From NCBI GenBank assembly GCA_963514005.1, contig OY740797.1, positions 20,274,001 to 20,338,000 of the forward strand: a stretch of DNA of 64,000 nucleotides, given 5' to 3'. The DNA comes from Raja brachyura (Eukaryota). Positions within the stretch are counted from its first letter, which is position 1. Each line of letters begins with the position of its first letter. The notes beneath the pieces are model-generated. The model did no database searches. It was not told the origin of the DNA and was given only the letters and a program-made list of their open reading frames with translations. The position numbers were made by a program, and so were the translations under genes. Shown here in pieces: positions 50,289-62,294 of this stretch.

Positions 50289-51084
50289 CTAGAAAATTGA
50301 AAAGTAAAATTATGGAATTTAATCAGTGGTTGGGTTATCATCCTGTTTAAGCACATTCATCCACTTAAAACTAAACATTGCAACTACTGGATAAACGAGC
50401 TGGGATAATTACAGATCTCAATTATTCATGCTCAAGTCAAAAGATGTTCATCCATGAGGTCCAGATGCATTTTAAATTTTACCCAGGGGTATTGCTTCTT
50501 CAATATTAATAGACATTGAATGTACATATTTTATATGCAACAGTTTGCAATTTAACAGACAAATTTAGTTCAGAAGCTGTAATCCAATAATTCAGACATT
50601 GGTGGAGCATTTAACTTGGAAGCAAGACCAGCAATCGGTTTTTGAGCAGCACTTCAAATTTTCTTCAGCTCCCAGAAAATATTTTATCCATACATGGGCT
50701 TACCTGAAATCAGAGAAACCCAGCTAGATCTTAAAAACAAAACTGCTACAGTGCAATTCATGAAGATTACAGCAAGTTTCAATGGTATTAGTGCAACACC
50801 ATCCCTGGCTTCAGTTCACACTACAACTAATGAACAATATTGGTCTCAAACTAGCCAGAAACCAAGGAATGTCATAAACACCTTAAAATTGGACCACAAG
50901 AAAAATATGGAATCAAATTTCACTGACATAATCTTTTAAGATAAATACATTTGAGATTTAAACACCAAAATATAGCACTATGTCGTCTTTTATTCAACTC
51001 TCGCCTTCATCACTTACTGAAGTTGAGAAACCAAGAAGCCAAGAGACAACTTCAGGTGAACTGGTCTGGAACAACATTGGAGCA

Positions 51085-51925
51085 CTGTAAGCACCTTTCC
51101 TTGGTGTAACTCTTGACCTAGGTCTTACCTTCAAGACCCATATTGAAAAGACAAAGGCGAAAGTGAGCACACGCAACAATGTTGTTAATAAGATCACCAA
51201 CACAAGATGGGGTGCTAACCCACAGACCCTACATTCCACTGCCTTAGCCCTCTGCCATTCTACTGCTGAGTATACATGCCCAGTATGGGCATTATCCACC
51301 TGTATGCCAAGAAGCTGGACCCAGCTCTCAAATCTTCCTGCAGACTTGTTACAGATTGTCTCAAGTCAAGTACTGACAGTCACTACCTCCTGGTAGGCAT
51401 AGCCCTGCCAAACATCAGAAGAGCAGGAGCCAGCATGAAGGAGCGCTAGCGGCATTTAACAGATGAACGACATCCATCGTTTGGCCAGACACCATTTCTG
51501 AGCTGCCTAAATTTGAGGAAAAGTTTTCTTAACTGTGTGACTCCTCTCAAGGCTGGCATTACAACAAATGAAGCACGAGTCTCCTTATGGGGTGATGAAA
51601 TAGCCACTCTACCTCCCTTAACTACCATGGGACTAACGGCAAGTGAGCAACTCCCTCCTGGTGCAGACGCATGTTGGGCCAGATGGAAATGCCTCATTCG
51701 ACTGAGAATTGGTGTAGGTAGAGCCAAGCTGTCTCTAAACAAGCAGGGATATAACTCCAATGATGTCACCTGCGAATGTGGTATTGCATCGCAAACAATG
51801 GAACACCTGCTGAAATGCCCTCAACTAGAAAACCAACGCACAGCTGCCAATCTCACTACCCACATTGAAGATGCAGAGAAGAGTGTTCAGCTCTGGCTGA
51901 ACAATATCTAATCTTGTAATGTGGA
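51085..51925 (+). mobile_element. Vingi/Ingi-like LINE 3' fragment in GST intron 5 (antisense to the gene)
   Basis: LGVTLD..LTFKTHI, RWGANPQTL..TALALCHSTAEY.CPVW, terminal CECGIASQTMEHLLKC zinc motif. Confidence 0.75.
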
Positions 51926-52951
51926 CTCAAGCTCCACCCCACCTATTACCTGCCAGGCTTTGGCCTGCTCTTTTACCTTTGCTCCCACCTCATTTTCTGC
52001 TCTCCCACGAGTAGGAAAAAGATTGCAGACCTGAAATGTCACCCGCCCTTCCCTCCGCAGACACTGCCCGACCCAGAGATCCTCATGTTTTGCTCAAAAT
52101 TGCAGCATCTACAGTCATTTGCATTTCCAAAGGACTCACCTCCATGACAGTCGGGTTCAAATTCAACTACAATGGAACCTTACTATCCATTATATTTATG
52201 ACAGGGAGGGAGACACTGACTGGTCAAATACACTGGTTAGTGAAGATTTAAATCACGCCTCATTACGTAATCTTTAGCATTATGGATTAAAGGAAGCAAC
52301 AAGATTCTATAATATTCAATTGTTAATTATCTCCATTAGCCAAATGGCCCCATAGCAGAAGTGTCCACGTCACAGGGCTGGAAACTGGAAGTTTTGAGCT
52401 AATTCTGCTACCACCATCATCTATTGCAAGCGATGGCTTCCACTGATTGTTGGCGGAAGCTTGCGTCCTTTTCAACATGGACGATGTTTTAGCAACAGTA
52501 CAGTTTTAGCAATTCCCAGCACAGCTCTAGTCCAGATTTAGCTAGGCTCTTGGAAACATTGGTTACAGGGAGTGCTGATAAAGTGTCAAGGAACCAAGGT
52601 TTTAACATATAAAGGCCAAGCACAAGATTCCACACTGAAGCTCCAGAGGAACACGCGGGAGAATTGTACTGAGGAGCAATTGCTGATAAAACAAACTAGC
52701 TCTCAGATGCCAAGGAGGCTGCATTACACAATTTCTAAAGATATATAGGGGAGTTGCTCCTGGTACTTTGGTCACTCTTAATCTCAAACTAAAACCATGT
52801 GACTGGGGCAACCTTTACACTTTTTAGCTACTGTTTTCATCAGGCTGTAATTATTGATAAACAGCAAAAGATACTGCTCTCCAATAACACATGGCTATCC
52901 TGGCAAAACATTAATACATTAAATAATTTCTCATTTGCAGAAATAACTCAC

Positions 52952-53040
52952 CCAAAACGAAAAGCACAGGCCAACTGTGGAAACAGCATTACATCTGCCA
53001 TTGTAAAGTTTGTCCCCGCAATGTGAGAATTTGGAGGCAG
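52952..53040 (-). CDS. gstr: GST rho exon 5
   Basis: tctcttctAG|LPPNSHIAGTNFTMADVMLFPQLACAFRF-GG|GTGAG; phase 0-2. Confidence 0.92.
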
Positions 53041-54545
53041 CTAGAAGAGAAAGTAGATTCAGTGTGCAAGCCAGCCATCGATCAAAGATACACATTTGCA
53101 GGTACATTTGAAAATGAGGAATACAAAACTCAACATTTCAAAAAATTCAAATGGCAATAACTACAGTTTATTCTGCACAAGAATGCATTTAAAACCAAAA
53201 TTGAACAGGAGGTCAGTACAGAGAAGAAATGTGACATTGTCATTCAAATAGGATTAAGCTGCATATTCCAGCAACAGATCATTCATTCTATACCAACCCA
53301 TTGCAAAGCTAAGCTACAAACTGAAAGAACTACTTAAAGAGAGAAAGTGTAACTAGACCAGACAAACAATGATGCATGTCAGTTGGAATGTGACCGTTTG
53401 CATCTCCAGGTCCTTGGAGAGCCATTTGTTCCAACAAATCTAGATTTCTATCTAAATGCATGGAAATTACAATCCTCAATTGTTGCTCGAGTGAAACCCA
53501 TTCAATCTGGCAAACAAGTAATAAACGCAGAATATTTCCATCAACATAGCTTTGCAATAAGTCAGAACATCAACTAGATGACAATATATTTCCTTTAATA
53601 CAGCAATTCATTTGACATCATTATACAAAACATTGCATTGAGCAGGCAATAAAAATGGCACAAATTGGGGCAAGGGATGTCAATCAAATTTTCCACAGGT
53701 ATCCCCATCCTCAACGTCACAAATAATCAATGTCACATAAAATTGTAGTTTATCTAAGCTCCAAGTGGCAACTGAGATGGCCATTGGGAATACATATCAG
53801 CATACGGCTTAACAGCCAATAAACTGATCAATTTGCAGCCATATTTGATGGCAATTAACAAATTTAAATGTCGACATCTGAAGCAAAACGTTAAGCTGTT
53901 GGCATCTTCAGTTACGATAGATGCTAGAATTTCGGGAAGTCAGGCAGCATCCATGGATGAGGAGGGAAATACTTTAACAACCTCGCAGATTATACAGTAT
54001 AACCAATTTTCACCACTGATGCTGCCCAACCTGGGGAATTTTTAGTTACTTACATGGACTTTGATATTCTGACACATCAACATAATTGCAATGGACTTAA
54101 TGAGAATCAATGAGTTGATAGAAATACATCTAATAAAAATGTACCATATCTTTCTTGGCCAAAAGCCAAATTTAAAACAAGTTAAATGCGAGTAATGGAA
54201 CAGCCTCACCACAATAACCCTTAATACTCACCAATATGCAACAAAATCCCTCATAGCATATTAATCACAGCAACAGTAAAGCACATGCATGTTTAGAAGA
54301 AAACCAGCATGTTCATTAACATTTATTCTGCATGCACAGTTTAGAACATTTTAGGCTGTAAACCAATTCCAGGCTCAAATTAGGTTGAAGACAAGCGGTG
54401 GGATCCAAAAGCAACTGTGGCTTAAAAAAAACATTTTTTGGCACTTGCCTCAAATCCATGGATAAATAAGTCTGTTATACAGTTGACAGTGCTCCTATCA
54501 GGTGATTTAATTCTCTTGACAGGTTATTTATAAATGCCCTTTTAC

Positions 54546-54664
54546 CTTCTCAAGGTATCCTTCCCAGAGTTTCAGCTCAGCATTCAGCGCCTTTTTGTAC
54601 CTCTCTAAAGCAGAGTCATGGCGCTCATTTTCTGGAACCTTCCAGAAGTAATAGATTATGGCCA
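54546..54664 (-). CDS. gstr: GST rho exon 4
   Basis: ttgcAG|(V)AIIYYFWKVPENERHDSALERYKKALNAELKLWEGYLEK|GTAAA; phase 1-0. Confidence 0.93.
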
Positions 54665-55769
54665 CTGCAAGGCAATCAGAATAAATTAGCTGCTGCGTTC
54701 AAGCAGTGAAATGAAAGTTAACAGATACAACGAGAACAATATTATCCAATGGGGCTTGAAATGCCATTTACAATAAGCAAGAGTATGGAAAATGAAAAGA
54801 CCAGTTGGCCTTTGCTCAATGGGATATTCAGCAAGAGGTTTGCAAACTGTTAGCAGAGAGGAGCAAGGATGCAAATGTCATGGCTACAATGTCAGGCATG
54901 ATTATGCTCAAGACATCACATGAGAAAGTTTAATAGAAATTTGTACAAAATTCAAGTGGGAGCTGGAGTCGAACTTGGTATGGGAAACCAACATACAAAG
55001 ACATGATAAAGTTGGAAGTGATCCTCTATCAGCATACATCCGTTGATACTTTTTAAAGAACATAGGTTGGAGAGCGATAGGTTAGCCAATCTGCTTTATA
55101 AAAAGTTAAAGTAGCACTTCAAACTGCATATGGTTCTACAGATAAAATGGATTCATGGGTTAAATGGGGAAGAGGTATTGAAAGTGAGCAAATGCTTGAA
55201 TAGCAAACTTAAGCCATAGTGTGAGAAGGATAACAAACTGAAGACTAATTGTCATTAGAAATAATGCAAAGATGAAAGAGTGGCAATGTTTGGGGATGAT
55301 ATCACATGTACCTCAGTTATGTGTAATGTTGGAACATTTTAACTTTGGAGGCAGCACCAAGTGGTTCTGGTAGGGACGAATTTCATTTTGAATGAGTTAA
55401 TTAGGTCCCGTTTGAAGATACTAGCAAAAGAGCAAAGAATGAGTGCTGTTCCAACCATTCAAGTTGGGATATGGAAGAGTATACAAAAAGATGGAAGCCA
55501 ATTACATGCATCTTTAAGTTTGGCCATACAAAATAAGAATGCATGTGGACAAAATGAACAGGGCTATGGAGTGAAATATGACTTCTTTGAAAGCCATCAG
55601 AGAAGAGATAGATTAAATGGTAGGAACAGTGTAAGTGTTGTGGTTTTAATTACTCTGAAGGAGATTAAAGCAAAATAAACTAGTAGAGTGTTGTTTCCTG
55701 GAGGGGGCGAGGAAGAATTATAAACAAAGCCTTGAGTGATTGGGGATCTTAAAACATATGTTGGGTGGC

Positions 55770-56085
55770 AATCAAAATTAACAGGTCAGATAGAAGTATA
55801 GTATATAGAGTATTGAAGTTGGGAAATTGAGATGTCATGTTGCAGATGTAAAAAAATGTTGGTGAGGCCACATTTAGAGTATTATGTTCAATTCTGGGCA
55901 AATATTGGAATTGTCCCGAGGCTGGGACAATTCCAATATTTAAGAACCAGCTAAACCGGTGCATGGAAAGGACAGGTTTGGAGGGATAGGGACCAAACGT
56001 GGGTAGGCAGGATTAGTGTAGCTGGGTTATGTTGGCCGGTGTGGGCAAGTTGGACCGAAGGTCCTGCTTCCATGCTCTATGACTG
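55770..56085 (+). mobile_element. Old CR1 3' remnant in GST intron 3
   Basis: ttggtgaggccacatttagagtattatgttcaattctgg followed by a CR1-type 3'UTR. Confidence 0.65.
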
Positions 56086-59000
56086 AGAAGCAGTTTGGAG
56101 TCAAGATTGAAGAAATAAGTGGATTAAAACTCAAGGCAGATCAGTAGGATATCGCCCATAGAAATGCTTGGTCTCAAGTAGATATTAATACCAAGATGTC
56201 AATCAAGAGAACTTTATATTCCAAATCTGCTGCATTGCCTTACCCAATAAAGAACTGGGGGATTATGGGATTAAGTAATAGTGGAAACTTGGTACAGAAT
56301 TGCTAGAGGGTTAGAGGAAGCAGTGGCAAATTGTTAGTTTGTGTTTTTTAAATGAATGCAATACCCACATTCTTCCAGCCAGTTCAATCCAACCACTGGT
56401 GTTGGTATAAAGTGCAATTATATAAATGAGTGTCCTGCCCATTGAAGTACTACTTTAAAATGTAGCAATACATAAAGTACGAAATCCAATTAAATGTTAG
56501 CCGGCTACCAGATTACAAGAGACTGAAGTGGGCAGCACAAGATGTTTAACATAGAATGCTCAACATGACATACCTTTGTGAGAAAGCACAATTTTACACA
56601 AGGGGAGCATGGTCCATGCAAGATTTAGAGTTAAATGAGCGATGTACATCTAGTTTCTTCTTACAAAGTGAATAGATGGTAAATATTTATAAACATTCAG
56701 GCCTCAACTGTAACTGTAGATTGCATGGCAACACCTTTTGAAAACAAGTCAGAGTCTCAAGAGAATCAGAGGAGGCTAAACCCACAATTCCAGCTATGGA
56801 GATCAATTGGAGACAAATGACTCCAAGTGTAAAGTTGGGAGACCCAACCCTATTACTTTAAATTGAGGAAGTATGGAGCAAGTGGAAGAAAACTCTTCTG
56901 ATGTGCACAGATGAAGCATATAATCCAACTGCTTAATGGAAAATTAACCTTTAGAGCAACCATCTGGAATGCATAACCTGGAGAGCAGCTGTGAATTGGT
57001 TTCCTCAAGAATGTTGGGCATTTATCGAGAGAGTACTAACTTGGGTGTCATGGGGGGGGGAAAAAAAATTGGTTTGTGGGGACTAAAGCAAACAGTCAAC
57101 GCTAAAATCCTGTAGACTAAGCGTGGAGGACATAAGGTTAATGTCCTTAGGTGATCATCTGATAATTTAATATCACTGCATTACCTGCCAGGAAACCAAC
57201 ATAGAGCCTACTTAACAACATCAAGGACAGGAAACTTCAGTCCATTGTCAACTCCACAATAGCACTATTGTTTGAACCAGCCAGGCTCCGAGGATCAGCT
57301 GTCAAACAGGATTCTTAGTTCTGATCAAAAACATTCTGCCCATTTTGTTCCACAGATGCTGCCTGGCTCGCCGAGTTCTACCAGTAGTCTCTTAATTTAA
57401 GGCCAGATGACAGTCTATTGCAAAATTTCAACTGCAGTGGATGAAATGACTCGTGACACCATTTGTATGACTAAGATAATTTGCAAAGGATACGCTCACC
57501 TGCATTAGTTGGTACCACTGCCATTTCAACTTGAAAAAATTAGACCAATCTAGTAGCTGAAAAGGACATACAAGCTGAAATACTTCAGAAGCAGAAGTAT
57601 TCTGCAAAAGTAGAAGCTTGTACCCTATATCCACAGAGGAATCAGAAAACCGTCCTATATGGAACATAGACTTGCCACTAAAAGTGAAACTACATTCATG
57701 CCAAGAAGCAGAACTAACATGCACTTCTGAGATAGGGTCGAGCCATCTTCAGCTAAACTAGAGTGAATTAATCGGTTTCCTTCAGAAGTTTCAACAATCA
57801 TAGAAGCAATTCTGGATAAGTTTGGGAATCAAGCTAGGCAGTTTCAATTGGAAACAGAGGTTCTAAACAAAATTCAATGATTAACAATAATTATAGTAAA
57901 GGACATGGAAAGTTTCAAGGTGCATCAAAATCAATTTAAAACAAATTAGTCAGCAAATTGACTCGAACTGCTCAATGGCAAACAGTGCAAGGAGAAGATG
58001 CAAGGATATCAAGAGAACATATCACCAATGAAGAAAGAAGCCAAGACTGTCAAACCAAAAGCTTCCTAAGTGAGGTAAAAAAAACATTTACTTCAGACAA
58101 AACTCAACTGCAGTAAGCCTTGCAGAACCAAAATTATAAAGATGTCACAAGCAACAAAATGCAGCATGGAAAGATTTTGGCAGGTTAAAAGAAAGACAAT
58201 CCGTAGATTTAAAATGGCAAGAAAATAAGGGAATTTTTTAGTTGCAGCGAAAAGGGGAATGGTGGAGAAAACATTTGCATTGGACTGAATTTGCTCTAGA
58301 GGCAGTAGCTGCACAATGGTTAAGATGTGATGCACAAATCTTCTCTCCTTTGACAAAAGACACAAAATGCAGGAACTGCAAGACCCAGCAACTGTCTTTT
58401 GTAAGCAAAGCCAAAAATATAAAACACTTTTCTGGCAGAATCTGTGGAGATAGAAACAGAGCTAAAAATTAAACCCCATTCAGCCCAGAACTGTTGTTCT
58501 GTCCACATATCTGATAACCAAAGATCATTTTCATTAAAGAGTAGGACACACATGGAACCCCCAAATGCAATTGTGCGAAGGCAGATTATAAAGGCAACTA
58601 TCTCACAAGAGGGCAGAGCAGGAAGATGGACCTAATACTTTGGTTCCACCAAAAACTATTAGGTGTGATGAACAGTGAAGGTATTAAAAGACCTCATATC
58701 TTTGCAAGTGGCAAAATCACCAGTACTGTTGCCGAGAGTGTTCCCTGCCCTGGATGTTGGTGGCTCCGAGAGCCGATGGGACTGCACTGATCCAGGTAAG
58801 GGGAGGGATGTGGTGTCAGGTAACAAGTTGTTTGCAACAAGATATCTTCTCAACTTGCTTATTTGTTACACACTGTTTAATCCACCTTGACCAGGAACCA
58901 ATTGATGAACTACAAATACATACATGTTTGATCAGTACAAATTCTTCGCTTAGTATAATTGGAGCAAGATTTTCATTTTGATATACAGATTCTTCTGGAA

Positions 59001-60791
59001 AAGAGGTAACATTTGCTATGAATTGCTGCTGAATTGTCAAATGAACCACGACCTTATATTCATTCCCAGTGCATTTTTAAAAGACTACCGTCCCAGTTTC
59101 CCTAATGATATTCTATCTGCCATGACCTCATGTATTAACTTACATTTTGTGAAGCCCCTCTGCATCTTCTTCAAAGCTCACCTGGCTTTGTATCATCAGC
59201 AAACTTGAATTTATTCTCTACAATCCCCTCATCCAAATCACAAAATAGCATTAGGAGCATGTAGGGCTTCAACATCCCATTGTTCACAGCCTTCCTACCC
59301 AAAGGGCCTCATTTATACTCGTCTTCTGACTAATCCCAATGGCACAATACACCCAGTATTGCCTGCTCTAGTTTTGTCCAATAGTTGTAGAGTGGATCCA
59401 GAAAGGACTGCTAAATATCAAAAACATTTTACCATATCAGCCAATTCATCTTTATCCAATCTGTCAGATAAAAAGAAACTCAATTCTAACACGAAGAGTC
59501 TTTTGGGCTTGCAGAGGCATCATGCTGATCACCAAGCATCTAATTACATCCACCCCCTCTCCATATTCCTACCTGCACACCCTCCCCAGCCACCCACCTA
59601 TGAAATTTTATTTTAGTAAAACAGTGGGCAATTCACCTTCTAAGCAACAGCTACTTGGACTATGGGAAGGAACACGGGCACCCAGTGAAAACCAAAGCAT
59701 TCATTAGGAGAATGTGCAAACTTCAGGGAGACAGCACCCAAGGTCACGATTTCAAGAGCTACACTGTCCACTGCACCACCCAACAAAGCCATACTGACAG
59801 TGTCCAATGCTATTTATCACGCTTCATTAATTCCATTATTTCTCACCACTTTTAACCTCATTCAGTGCCCCAAGTCCAACCATCTCCCTCCCAAATGCTA
59901 ATACTCAATTACGTACTCCGTTCTAATCAACTCCTTGAGGGGGGGGGGGGGGGGGGGGGGAAAGTAGCTCCTATGTGCAAATTGAAGACCTAAACAACTT
60001 TCAGCCTTGGCCTGGTAAGTGGGTTGCACTGCCTACCCATCCATCTTTGATATTGAACAATGCCGTTGAAAAAAAACTGCAGCAAACTGGACAATCACAC
60101 ACAATGGAGGGACACAAGCTTGGGAAGGTGGAGTGGTTGCAAATATTTACAAATGAGTACATTGCAACTGACAAAGGACTGCAACCTCAAATTACATAGA
60201 AGGGCAAATGTAATAGATGCATGGGAACATCAAGTCCCATTCTATTCCACCTTGGAAATTTATCACCATCTTTCTTCTTACTTTGGGTCTCAACTGCGCC
60301 ACGGCACACCTGTGCTTGCTGCTGTTTACCAAAATAGGAATGACATCATTTAAAGTATTGGGAATACAAAGCAGACAAACAGGAGATACAATTGCAGTAG
60401 AAAGGATGAATAAAAGCAGGGTTGCTGCAAATAGCCATTAATGCAAGTACTAGAAATACAAACAGGATGATGCTGCAAAATTCAAGTTTTAAAAGCGTTT
60501 AACAATGCTGGGCACAGAATAGTGAACATTAACTTTGTAGGTCGATAAATCACTAAGATAATCTTGCGTTGAGCATTGGCTTAATGTTTGTTGTGCAGGA
60601 TCTTTGTCTTCGCTGCTTTGCAATGGAAGGAAGGAACGGTACTTGTACCATTCAGAAGCAACTCGTCAGCGCTCAGAGGGAGAAAATGCACTGGAGATCA
60701 ACCTTTAGACGGCTTGGTTGGCAACCGTGTTTTGAAGCAAGGAAAAAACATAGCAACAGTTGGCACACAGGGGAAGCTAGGGGAAACTTAC

Positions 60792-60897
60792 CCACTTTCT
60801 CCTGCATAGACAGAACCTCAAACATTCTCTGGTAAACAAGAGCCTGTTCAGCCCCGGATTCCGGAATCAGCTGGGTACCTTGAGACTTGAACTGGTT
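60792..60897 (-). CDS. gstr: GST rho exon 3
   Basis: ttccccAG|NQFKSQGTQLIPESGAEQALVYQRMFEVLSMQEKV-G|GTAAG; phase 0-1. Confidence 0.94.
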
Positions 60898-61070
60898 CTG
60901 GGGAAGGCAAGTTCAGAGAGTGAATAGACATTAGAACCTGGGAAACAAGCCAGCAACCTGCTGATACCAAGTCAACAGGAAACTAACTCAATACGGAGGA
61001 AAAACGTGTCTTGGGTTTAAAAAACAACATTTTCGACGAAAGCCTTCGGGGGAAAAAAAAACCTTCTTAC

Positions 61071-61136
61071 CTCTAAATAGAGACAGATTCCAATAGATTC
61101 ATTCAGGACGATATTCCCATGGCGGAAACTGGGTAA
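61071..61136 (-). CDS. gstr: GST rho exon 2
   Basis: ttgcAG|LPSFRHGNIVLNESIGICLYLE|GTAAG; phase 0-0. Confidence 0.94.
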
Positions 61137-61375
61137 CTGCAACAACAATGTTCACATTTTTTTTTTATAGCATGATTTAAGTTTCGTTTATTTAAATCTG
61201 ATTACATATCAATTCAAATATCTGCGCTGCGACCTGTGACTGTAAAACAGCTATTTAATCCACACATATACAAGCCTTAAACACAAGTAAACTGCAGTGG
61301 ATGATTTACAAAATAACTATCGTTAAGGTGTCCGGGGGGGTGGGGCGAGTAAAATAGCAAACTCTCATTCTGCAC

Positions 61376-61543
61376 CTGGCCCCTGGGATTTATGTCCATA
61401 ACCTCTTTCAATTTGTGCTCCATCTTCTCGAAGGACATCAATTTTCCCTTGTAGCCTTGCAGTTTCTTCTCTTCCAAGGCGATGGTGACCCTCCAGCAGG
61501 GCGGGGAGCCGGAGCCCCAGAACAGAAACATACTCTCTGCCAT
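61376..61543 (-). CDS. gstr: GST rho exon 1 (coding part)
   Basis: gacATGG start; MAESMFLFWGSGSPPCWRVTIALEEKKLQGY...INPRGQ|GTGCAG. Confidence 0.94.
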
Positions 61544-61587
61544 GTCTGCTCCTCAAATGCGCTGACCAGTTGCCTCGCAATTCCTTC

Positions 61588-61685
61588 TTATATATTCACG
61601 CTGCTCCACTCAAAGTCGGGCGCAGGCGGTGACGTGGCTCTGTAACTCCCAGCCGCAGCACCATCCAAAGGCAAGTCTCCCGCCC
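61588..61685 (-). promoter_or_regulatory. GST proximal promoter: TATA box, ARE-core/CRE-like site, GC box
   Basis: TATATAA (minus strand) 61588-61594, 45 nt upstream of the ATG; GTGACGTGGC 61629-61638; CCGCCC 61680-61685. Confidence 0.65.
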
Positions 61686-62294
61686 CTCTTCTCCCCCCCC
61701 CCCCCCAAAAAAAAATTGAAACCGCAAAAACCACAATCAGCAATGGTAAACCTAGCCCCATTAATAATAGTGATTGGAAGATAAACACTAGCTGGCATAC
61801 AAGGAAAATCTCCCCCCTGCTCTCATAATTAAATAATGTCATGTCATCTTCCACTTAAATCCAAGAGTCAAGGGAGTGTTTATAGCCATATGTACGACCA
61901 AGGAGCAAGAAATTCTTACTCGCAGCCTATAAAGATAATACCCATAGATAACGTAAAATAAACAAAAAAAAATAATTAACAACCTCAGTGGAGATGCAAT
62001 AGAGTCCAAAGTCCTTTGTGCAGCCAAAGACAGTCCATGGTTTACATTTTTAGTGTTTTGTCATGTTCAAAAGCCTGAGGCTGTGGGAAATACACTATTA
62101 TTGAACCTGATAGTCAGATCTTTGTTTTTTATTATACCATTCTAAAAATGGGACATCCAGTAGTGTAGGACAATCTCACAAATGGGTCAAATGTTAGCCT
62201 TAATCAGGTGCTCATCTCTGCTGCATAATCTTAACAAATATCCTTCCAAACCAATTTAAAAAAGTGGTGGGCAAACACCAGACTCAACATGTAT

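Larger units (their letters stand above)
50156..61543 (-). other. gstr: Glutathione S-transferase rho-class gene (fish GST-A type), coding span, 6 exons, 226 aa
   Basis: Spliced CDS 168+66+106+119+89+133 = 681 nt, open, all GT-AG; WGSGSPPCW, NPRGQLP, NES, ADV N-cap and SWPPHW motifs. Confidence 0.93.

Noticed and set aside
53760-53850. Alternative GST exon 5
   Set aside because: No GST-like frame with compatible splice sites; the true exon is 52952-53040
59938-59960. Long G/C homopolymers (also about 30520, 39335, 43804, 61693, 63556) as G-quadruplex elements
   Set aside because: Plain homopolymers of uncertain assembled length with no supporting context
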